This document shows positions 27,201 through 35,324 of a stretch of DNA of 64,000 bases, piece by piece. Made by a program: the position numbers and the translations under genes. The notes under the pieces were generated by a model. That model worked only from the letters and a program-made list of their open reading frames with translations. It was not told the DNA's origin and did not search any database. The number at the start of each line of letters is the position of its first letter. Within the stretch, counting starts at the first letter, position 1. Origin of the DNA: Botryllus schlosseri (taxonomy: Eukaryota); contig CM119378.1 of assembly GCA_051294905.1 (NCBI GenBank), positions 5,022,001 to 5,086,000 on the forward strand. Direction: 5' to 3'.

Positions 27201-30200
27201 CCCTCCGGCCGAAAAGGCTGGTCGCCCCTGAACTATAGTAATTGAAAGATTACAGCAATGTCCCTAGCTAGTAAACTAGCTCCCCGCAGTAACTAACTCC
27301 TGACTTCAATATTGTATTTTTTACAGAATCTCAGATGGTCGCTACCGGCCGTTTTACATGAAAAGTATTGCCACTTCCTATTCATTGATCAGGTACGAAG
27401 CTCATCAATGTTATTAGCCTATGCATCGATTATCAAATCCACTATGTAAATTATGCACCATTGGTATTTTATTGCCGCAACTAATATAATTCGTTCAATG
27501 TTGGCGACTAAGAAAAGATCGCCACTTTCACCTGGCTGCCAAATCTGTATATTTTATTCGAGCTGTACCAAGTTTAATTTTTTTCCAAAATCCGTTGTTG
27601 CTCTGATATTTTGACTGACTCTCCATTTATGTGTCACTAATAAATTGACCGCAACCAATGTCATCAAAGCTATGTTTTAACTAGTAAACTTTTGCTCCCT
27701 GCAGTACCCAACTTCATTATTGTATTTCTAGATTGGATGGTCGCACTTCGCAGTACTCGCCGTTTTTCACGAAAAGAATGACCACTTCCTATTGATTGAT
27801 CAGGTAAGAAGTTCATCAATGTTAAAGTAGCATGTGAATCTATTATCAATTCTCCTATGTAAATTACGCACCATTGGTATTTTATTGCCGCAACTAACAT
27901 CATTATCAATGTTAATGACAAAAAAATATTGCATCTTTCACCTGGCTGCATAATCTGCTTAGTTTATTCCAGCGATTCTCAAACTGTGTGTCGCGGATTT
28001 TGAACAAAAAATATGGTATAATATTGAATATAAGCAAAATGTTCACACAAACCTGAACCTTTCAGGGTTCTTACCATCCCTTTATTCACGTTATTCTGTT
28101 GATGTAAGCTCTGGGAGTTTTACTAGTAATGAAGCGAAACTGCCTCGAGATTTTCCGAATTAAAAAAAATACAAATTAGGTTATCAACTATTATGAGGCT
28201 TCGCGAACCCCCTGAAAATGCTTTGCGGACCCCCGGTTGAGAACCACTGGTCTAGAATAAACTTACATCTGAACAGTCTACTTTACAAGTTTTGCATTAA
28301 ACAAAATATGCCTGATGATCATGCTCTTTATGTATCATGGGCTGATTAACAGTACTGGGATGACTCGAGTCACCTTTTTCATATGTCTTGACTCGACTTG
28401 AGTCACTTGAGACGTAATGATACATCTTACTTCGAAAAGGCAACTTGACTTGAATTCTGACTTGACTCGTGACTTAACTCGAGTCACTTGAGACTTCGAA
28501 AAGGTAACTTGACTTGAATTCTGACTTGACTCGAGTCACTTGAGACGTAATCATACATCTTACTTCGAAAAGGCAACTTGAATTGAGTTCTGACTCGAGT
28601 CACTTGAGACGTAATGATACATCTTACTTCGAAAAGGCAACTTGACTTGAATTCTGACTTGACTCGAGTCACTTGAGACGTAATCATACATCTTACTTCG
28701 AAAAGGCAACTTGACTTGAATTCTGACTTGACTCGTGACTTGACTCGAGTCACCTGAGACGTAATGATACATTTTACTTCGAAAAGGCAACTTAACTTGA
28801 ATTCTGACTTGACTCGAGTCACTTGAGACGTAATCATACATCTGGCTTCGAAAAGGCAACTTGACTTGAATTCTGACTTGACTCGAGTTAAAATGACTCG
28901 TTACTCGAAGGTAGTGGCTTGATCCCAACACTGCTGATTGCTAGAAGTATGTGTCTGTGTGATGTGCTGTGTAGATTTGTCCTAATTCTTTTTTTGATAT
29001 AATAACAGACACCCAAACACGGAAATGAATACCCTGTCATTTGTTTTGATACGACGAATGAAGAGTGGACAGTCGGCTTTGAAGGGCAACGCGTGACACA
29101 AATACGCAGCTTTCATCAGGCATTGGCGGTGATGATATCAATTTATTGGGTCTTCAACATGAAATTTTCACCCAAGATTAAAAGATCTCTCATTTTCATG
29201 TCAATTTTTCTCGCTCGCGTGCCTAATTTAAAGGCCACTGGTGCTGTTCGCACCAAACTTCGCGAGATTAGTGACTAGTTTGCAAATGAGTTGCCTGAAA
29301 TAATGATGATGTTTGGTAATTTATGTCAGCATGCGAGGCATAATGAACACTTCAATAAACATCACAAAAACCGATATGGTATATCAGAGTGCAGCAGGAA
29401 TAGGCGTTTGACAAAGATATGGGTTAGTATTGGTAACCGGAGATTAAGCGTTTGATGAAGATATTCGGGCAGGATATAGGTTGTTATGCCTTGGTTTGAC
29501 TTTTGAAAGCATATCCCAAGGTTGATATATCCGGATAGGTAAGGGTTGTATCCGGATAGGGGTGGTTAGACCAGTCTACCCTGTGGCGTGGTTGGACCAG
29601 TCTACCCTGTGGCGTGGGTAGACCAGTCCACCCTACCCTTCTGATCAGGGGGTGGCGTTTTGAACCACCTCTAGGGGTGGGCCCAGTTTTTACAGTGAAG
29701 GCTCCGAGTCACAAGTCAATCTCACTTTTATAGTTTTGACTCGAGCCAAGTCGAGTCATTTTCAATTCATCACCGAGTCAAGTCCAAGTCCAAGTCATGG
29801 AGTACAGTGTCGAGTCCAAGTCATGGAGTACAGTGTCGAGTCCGAGTCATAGTGTTTTGACTCGAGTCCTAGTCATAGTCATTACGTTCACTGTTCAGTT
29901 CCGTGTTAATGTCACGTGAAACCCACTTTTTACAACTCTGCTCGGTGATATCGAATGCTTCGCGTTCATAATATACTAATTTTTCTCACTTTTAACAGTT
30001 TCTGGTATCACTTTGAACTGCCAGTACTGATAGACGAAAAAATAGTAGTGTAATAACTTTACTATTCTTCGAAATTACAATGAAATGCATGTCTTGGTAG
30101 ATACGGTCTCAAGTCATATGACTTGGTTCGAGTCATGTGAAATGACTCGAGTACAAGTCGAGTCAATACACAAATTGACTTGAGTCGAGTCGAGTCATTT

Positions 30201-33200
30201 TTCACTTTTGAGAAAATGACCCGAGTCAAGTCGAGTCACCCAATAATTGCGACTCGAGTCGAGTCATGACTCGAGTCATTACAACCCTGGTCTACGAGCA
30301 GCAGAACTCAAGATATGTCATTGTCTGACGGGTATTCCTCCGTGCGTTTGACGCTAGTCCGCGAGAATTCTGTTTCTCTGTTTTCAGAAGCGGCCTTGGA
30401 CGGCTTTAGAGATATCTAGTATTCCTCATTCCAGCATTCATATACAATAATTGCCTTTAACTATATATAGAAACAAACAACAACTGTCGTCCATTATATT
30501 TTGTGGCATATTTAGAGGTCACTCAGAGCCGCAAGAAGGCTACTTTGGAGCCGCGGTTGGGAATCAATATTATAAGGAATAAATGTTGTTTATGTAGCTT
30601 GCATTATGCGTATTTTACAATTTTGCTAATCCCGGGAAATCCCGGGATTGAGAAGCGAAAATCCCAGGATTTCAAATTCGATCCCGAAGTCCCAACCCTA
30701 GTAAGGAGTTGAATAATCGTTCTTTCGCAGATAAATCGATTAGATCTGTGAAATAATCGATTTCTTCGGATTTTTTCGAATGTAATCGATTGCGATTACG
30801 ATTACTTTAAATTACTGTAATCGTCGTAATCGACTATACGAATGCAAATCAGCATCACCACATGTCTGGACATGTGTAAAAAGTGGCCAACTGAGCTAGA
30901 TCACCCTTCTTGTTCATATATTTGTGAATCTAACTTGAAAGGAGTATGATTACTAGGGCCATTTTTATATGACCTTAAAAAATCAATTATATGACTTTAT
31001 TTTCGGGAAAATATGACTTTATATGACTTTATGCGAAAATCGTGTGTTTTTACATGTAACCAACGTCACTCATGGAACTGACGAGTAAAACATGAACAAC
31101 ATAACAGTAATACACATCCATTTTTATTTTAAACCACTTTTGTAGTACAGTTTCATAGTGTGGAATGTTGGAGTTGAATTGACTTTATTAAAGAAAATGA
31201 GCGCTCCACAGACGCTGATGTTGGTTGACACTTCTGCAGTTTTGCATACAGCGCTGGTGAAATGTCTTGTCTTTGTAGCTCCATAATTTGTTTCACATCG
31301 TTTTTGTCCCATCGCTTCTTAATGTAATTTTTGAGCTCAAGCGGATCTTTTCCGAAATGGAGGGCATTTAGATCAGCATTAGCTTCTTTGATAGTGTACG
31401 CACAACTTTCAATTTTCAGTATCAAGTTTGAAATATTTTTGTAGTGGAGGCATATTTCTGTTAACTGACTCGTCAACTTTGGATCGTTCACTGAATCTTT
31501 GACGCTCTTTACAATAACTCCTTCAGCTTCCCGTGCGTTGACTATTTCTTTCACTTGTGGAAGTCTCTGAACTTCAAATGACGTCCCACTTCAGTGCACA
31601 GAAGTAAAACAGATTGTGTAGCAACACAATGCAATATGTGACCTCATAATGCAATGTGTGACCTCATAGGTCTGCGACTGTAACTGTAATGTTATGTAGG
31701 CTAACCTTACAGTTTGCCTTCGTTCAACTAGAAATTGCCTTACTTTCTTAGTGCGTAATTGCTTCAATTGGCACTTTTTATTTAAAGTATACAACAATAT
31801 GACTTTATAACTCAAATATGACCTAACCAGAAAAATATGACTTTATATGACTTTATAACTTGCTTAATACACCCCATATGGATGCGGTTTTTGCGCTAAA
31901 ATTGATTTCACGACTTACTGATGCATAGAAAAAAATATGACTTTAATGACTTTAAATGGCCCTAATGATTACCCAGTATGAACCTCGCGTCATTCGAATA
32001 AAGTAAATATGGGACCGTTGACCATCACTAGGGTTTCATTTAAAACAGACGGTGTTTTAAAACACTTTGTTTAAAACATGTTTTGTTTTAAGCAAAGGCC
32101 TTTAAAAAAAATTATGCCATATTTGTGTAAATAATTTCCAAAAACATGTTGTCAAACAATCAGGTTTATTAATATTTTCATCGTTTCACAACATCACAAA
32201 ACTGCGATACAATGAAAAGATAGGAAGGTGTCGAAACAACTTGGAGTAGCATTTAAGGTCAGACACCCACCTTAGCCTAGGGAGGCGAAGTAAATAAGAG
32301 GCATGCACACTGAATGAAAAGTAATGCAGAGAATATAAGACGCAAGCGACAAAATGAGGTGGCATGTGCGGAGGGCGAGGTCGATGTTAGGTCGTGGTCC
32401 GGTAATCCTGAAGACTGACTAGTATTGATTTAGAAGAAATTGCTTGTATTTCGACTTGAATGTGGACATGTTGTATGAGCCTGCGGACGATTGCCCCCTG
32501 ATATAGCCGACGTATATCGATATGTGATGGTTGGAACCCTCAGAACAGCCGGTTCAACAGCAATAGTACAGATATTTCGTCAAAAGAGCTATATTTTTAC
32601 CCTATATTTTCAATTGGTAATGTCAATCGACTATGACGTCACAATTGAATATATAAAAAACTTGTTTGTTTTAAATTGATTTTTGTATTAAGTGCTGAAG
32701 GCTGTCTCTTTCACATCGCGTATTAGCAGTAGGCTGGGACAGTGCTGATTTATTTATTGCAAGGATGCGGCCATCACAGCCGTCTATGCTGACGGTTTGG
32801 ACAATGGACATTGACCCTCCGTCACTTCAGAGTTTGACTCCCCCGCACGATGTGTCTAACACCTGACCGACAATGTAGCGTAATGGTGAAGCGTCCGGCT
32901 TCTTGATCGGTAGGTCGTGGGTTCGATCCCCGGCCGGGTCACACCAAAGACCTGATTAGTAAAACTGGTATAAATGTCTTCCCCGCTTGGCGCTCATGCA
33001 TTACAGGGATAGCATGGAGGGCTGGTGCAAGACTTAGAAAGCCGTACAAGGCTATATCTGCACCTTCCTTGTCCAGCGGCATATGCCCATCATGCACTCA
33101 TGGTATGCATATGCGCAGATCGTGCGTATGTGTATCATGAGTCGGTGTATATGCCGCAAAAACATTAGGGACAAAAATAAACTACGTCATTTCCTTTTTC

Positions 33201-34571
33201 CTGTCTATATACAGCAGTAAAAGCGTCTGCGAATAACAATTATCCTTGAAGAGAATGAGCAGAACTTGTGGAAGTATCTTACCTGACATCACTCGATACC
33301 TCTGTGCCGTCGACCCATTTGAATTGACTTTCTGCCTCGAAATCTGTCATGCCGATCCACCACCTGGATGGCTGGAACGCTTTCACTTGGTCATAGGCGT
33401 AGTCCTGTAAATGGGGCTCGTGAGTTTCAAGAACTAATATAAATTCGCTTCGAGCCACAAGTCAATCCATATTTCTGAAACCCCGAGTGAGTTCAAGTCA
33501 TTCAATTGCAAAGTGACTGGGGTCAAGTCAAGTGATGTGAAAAAGTTGACTCAAGGCATTCCATCACCGGTTTTTAGTAAAACAACTTTTAAATCAGGAA
33601 CGAAAAAGTTGAACATTTGCTCCTTCGTTGTTATATGTGCCCCTGTCGCCATAAATCATGTATAGGCCTACCTTCATTGTGTATTACAATTCAATGTAGA
33701 ATTCCAAATCAGCACGTTAAGTGCATCGTTATTCCAAAACTATATAGTCCATTGTTGGTGCGGGTAAACCCTATTTATTTACAGTCCCCACAGAGGTAGT
33801 CAAAGCAGTCACTGTTGGTAATCAAGTAGAAGTAGAAGTAACATCCCGAATTTCTACTCAAGCAGAATTAGCGATTTACAAGTAAGTAAAAAAGTAAGTA
33901 TTTTAGGCTTAGTTTTGTCGAGGCAAAATCTGGTTGAATTAGGTCTACTTGAAAACGTAGAAGTAGACGAATGCTTTGCGCAGCAGAATATTTGATGACT
34001 TAAAATTAATGTCACGAGTTATTCCGCATTTCTCATACGTCCAGTCTGAGTCAAATCATTCTGTGACAGTGACTCGAGCCAAATCGGGTCATTCAAATAT
34101 GCGACTCAGGTCTCACTCGGGTGGAATCATGGCCCGTATCGCCCGCCACATTGTTAGAATCATGTTGTATCGATTGTAAAAAAGATGGACTGATATGAGG
34201 AGCTACAGAAAATTCAAACCCTCTGTTCCACGGTATTGAATATTGCCAGGTCTGCGCCCCGCGTCTGACAGAACGAACTCGCTCCGGTAAAAGTATCCTT
34301 CAGATCCCGTCCTATTCCTCTTGAGAAGTACCAACAATAATTGTCATACTCCTTCCAATCTTCAGGGCATTGCCCGAATGCTGCAAATATAATTTGGATA
34401 AACCTACTGTTCTTGGTATTCACAAAAATATCGTGAACTGCCGCACTGATTGAGAAAACATCGAACACTAGCGTACTGCAAACACAGATTATTACATCCA
34501 ACTGACACCTTACCCAGTTTCGTTGACGCTAATCCAAGAAAAATCGTGAAAACGAGGCAATATCTCTTCAT
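226..34571 (-). CDS. Secreted multi-C-type-lectin-domain protein with F5/8 (discoidin) domain, mannose-receptor-like (paralog A); 3' end continues beyond the left edge
   Basis: Phase-consistent exons, 5'->3': 34571-34514 (signal MKRYCLVFTIFLGLASTKL), 34380-34220, 33404-33283, 13222-13083, 12784-12679, 12224-12110, 9010-8931, 8789-8677, 7825-7690, 7631-7459, 6854-6717, 5799-5623, 4635-4429, 4363-4325, 3846-3779, 3212-3104, 3025-2879, 1955-1638, 419-226. CTLD motifs include WIG, WND..C and GEPNNSGEEDC. F5/8 motifs include RGRLN, GAWEP and WFQVDF..GIITQ. Confidence 0.9.
620..1197. mobile_element. Degenerate MITE related to the 53979-57024 family, inserted within GACTCGAGTC-family fragments
   Basis: Starts TAGGGTTGTTCAAAAATAAC and shares caattccaaccagta / tactggttggaattga motifs with the 53979-57024 MITE. 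Right end degenerate. Confidence 0.5.
4740..5010. repeat. Foldback repeat whose plus-strand arm carries a hammerhead-ribozyme-like motif (4941-4989); family also at about 90-125, 38210-38290 (minus) and 41735-41800
   Basis: Inverted arms at about 4765-4850 and 4888-4980. CTGA(T/C)GA core is conserved in four family copies. Confidence 0.6.
9409..11823. mobile_element. hAT-like element (TIR CAGACTT(A/G)T(A/G)CAAACTA) with internal ~36-bp tandem repeats, interrupted by Chapaev-like sequence
   Basis: Inverted termini at 9409 and 11823, TSD aatataat/aatgtagt (6/8). The same ttttgaaaagtgag..gttctagttctag repeats occur in direct orientation at about 9470-9600 and 11655-11810. Confidence 0.6.
10052..11355 (-). 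mobile_element. Chapaev3-like (CMC superfamily) element with degenerate transposase N-terminus
   Basis: TIR CACCATGTAACAAAA(A)TTT. Minus-strand remnants F*YICG, GMKIGDKDKN*AFRVICETC, DDCNFC and NQHELDDLV..AEILTPRLK match the recalled Chapaev3 transposase N-terminal motifs. Multiple stops and frameshifts. Confidence 0.7.
13892..16227. mobile_element. hAT-Charlie-like non-autonomous element
   Basis: TIR CAGTGGTTCTTAACCTT, perfect TSD GTCTACAA at 13884-13891 and 16228-16235. Internal direct duplication (about 14400-14970 versus 14995-16115). Confidence 0.88.
15133..15918. mobile_element. hAT MITE (GACTCGAGTC-rich) nested in 13892-16227
   Basis: TIR CAGTGTTGGGAT, perfect TSD GTAATTAC at 15125-15132 and 15919-15926. 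Confidence 0.9.
17165..17760. repeat. Degenerate tandem repeat, period about 200 bp, about 3 units
   Basis: Recurrent blocks ccaagttt, atcgcaaac and gccggtattggt.tccattgatttt at about 200-bp spacing (e.g. near 17320 and 17520). Confidence 0.7.
19373..19878. mobile_element. hAT MITE, TAGGGCTGGGCA family, copy 1
   Basis: TIR TAGGGCTGGGCA, near-matching TSD (gtccggt(t)a). Homologous to the inverted copy at 42905-43419. Confidence 0.8.
20100..20470 (-). mobile_element. Second tRNA-derived SINE family (boundaries approximate)
   Basis: Minus-strand B box GGTTCGAGTCC near 20403-20415 with a tRNA-like head, but no complete cloverleaf. Confidence 0.5.
21228..21824. mobile_element. hAT MITE, GACTCGAGTC family, intact copy
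   Basis: TIR CAGGGTTGTAA, perfect TSD CTATATAC at 21220-21227 and 21825-21832. Confidence 0.9.
26820..27230. mobile_element. hAT-Charlie-like MITE inside the EnSpm-like element
   Basis: Ends CAGGGGTGGCCAACCTTT / AAAGGCTGGTCGCCCCTG, TSD ctctatag/aactatag (6/8). Confidence 0.65.
28350..28933. mobile_element. hAT MITE derivative containing a 7-unit minisatellite of about 65 bp
   Basis: Ends CAGTACTGGGAT / ATCCCAACACTG, TSD ctgattaa/ctgattgc (6/8). The unit containing cttcgaaaaggcaacttgacttgaattctgac recurs 7 times. Confidence 0.8.
30954..31964 (-). mobile_element. Internally deleted hAT element retaining a transposase C-terminal fragment (31153-31554)
   Basis: TIR TAGGGCCATTT, perfect TSD ATGATTAC at 30946-30953 and 31965-31972, subterminal AATATGACTTT repeats, hAT dimerisation-type motif PTSASVERSFS. 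Confidence 0.88.
32865..33185 (+). mobile_element. tRNA-derived SINE (Meta-domain-like, tentative), copy 1
   Basis: A box TAGCGTAATGG (about 32876) and B box GGTTCGATCC (32920-32929), followed by GGGTCACACCAAAGAC...CTTCCCCGCTTGGCGCTCA. Homologous to 39200-39465 and to a 3' fragment at about 4120-4265. Confidence 0.8.
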
Positions 34572-35324
34572 CTTGACTAATTATACGGATGTTCCGGAAG
34601 TATCGACGACTGTATGCTATGAAATCAACTATTTGTCATCCATCCATAGATGGATCGTCAACTCGGAATGATCCTGTATACCGTATGAGCAGGGGTATAG
34701 TTACGGCGGAATTTTCCTGTAAATAAATGTTTACAGCGCAACAAGCGCTAATCGTACCGCCCAAACATTGCAGTGTTAAACCAACACATGACGTTAGCAG
34801 GAATTTAGATAATATAAGGCACATTTGTATTTGCATTGTTTGCGTTTCATCGTGTAACACTTCATTAATAAGTGAACTAATCAACGTGAATGCATGTGAT
34901 TAAAATGATTTCATAACGTGGAAAGAGCGGTATTCGCAAAACGATTATTACTCAATAATAAAGTTTACTTTGGCTGAAGATTTTCCGTCCTGCCGCTATT
35001 CCAGATTACGTAAATCGTTATTTAGTCTTCGGAATGAGATTTGTGATATTTGAAAGTCGCTTCACTCTGAATTTTCTTGGTTCGAAATCGATTTTATTTA
35101 GCTTTTCTTGAGCAATATAACTCAACTATTGAGGAGACTTATATTATACTGTTATGTGTCATTATATTGTACAAGGATCACTAGCTGAAGCACCACACCA
35201 ATCAGTGAATATGACACGGAGTAGCATAAAGTAAATATGCCAACTAGTCATATCGGTAAATATGCTAGGGTGGTACAGGTACCTTGCATATGCAACGACA
35301 CTCTGCAAGGTACATTCGACAACG
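34572..35324. promoter_or_regulatory. 753-bp interval between divergent start codons (lectin A and GH gene); candidate shared promoter region
   Basis: Only the ATG positions and opposite orientations are seen; no specific cis-element identified. Confidence 0.4.

Larger units (their letters stand above)
24734..29278 (+). pseudogene. Partly duplicated, degenerate cargo gene of the EnSpm-like element (SAMD3-like C-terminus, tentative)
   Basis: Phase-0 exons 27327-27392 (NLRWSLPAVLHEKYCHFLFIDQ) and 27732-27803 (IGWSHFAVLAVFHEKNDHFLLIDQ), with a degenerate copy at 25225-25292. Terminal exon 29009-29278 (TPKHGNEYPVICF...ALAVMISIYWVFNMKFSPKIK...) and a stop-containing paralog starting at 26526. Confidence 0.55.
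22835..29697. mobile_element. CACTA/EnSpm-like non-autonomous element, about 6.9 kb, carrying a cargo gene
   Basis: TIR CACTGTAAAAA / TTTTTACAGTG, 2-bp TSD AA, subterminal tandem repeats (gaccagtctaccctgtggcgtgg, about 3 copies near 29570-29630). No recognisable transposase. Confidence 0.75.
22809..30289. mobile_element. GACTCGAGTC-family hAT MITE split by the EnSpm-like element
   Basis: Ends CAGGGT...ACCCTG, perfect TSD GTCTACGA at 22801-22808 and 30290-30297. The two halves rejoin to match the reverse complement of the intact copy at 21228-21824. Confidence 0.85.
22032..30700. mobile_element. hAT non-autonomous element, outer shell of a four-level nest
   Basis: TIR TAG(C/G)GTTGGGAC, subterminal ATCCCGGGAT repeats at both ends, perfect TSD GTAAGGAG at 22024-22031 and 30701-30708. 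Confidence 0.85.

Noticed and set aside
28395-28931. Regular repeat array and overlapping 117/123-aa ORFs, superficially CRISPR-like or coding
   Set aside because: Units are contiguous without unique spacers, there are no cas genes, and the context is eukaryotic. The ORFs are translations of a MITE-derived minisatellite.
32865-32945. tRNA gene (also at 39200 and about 20400)
   Set aside because: A/B boxes are present but there is no complete cloverleaf, and each continues into a repeat body, so these are SINE heads.
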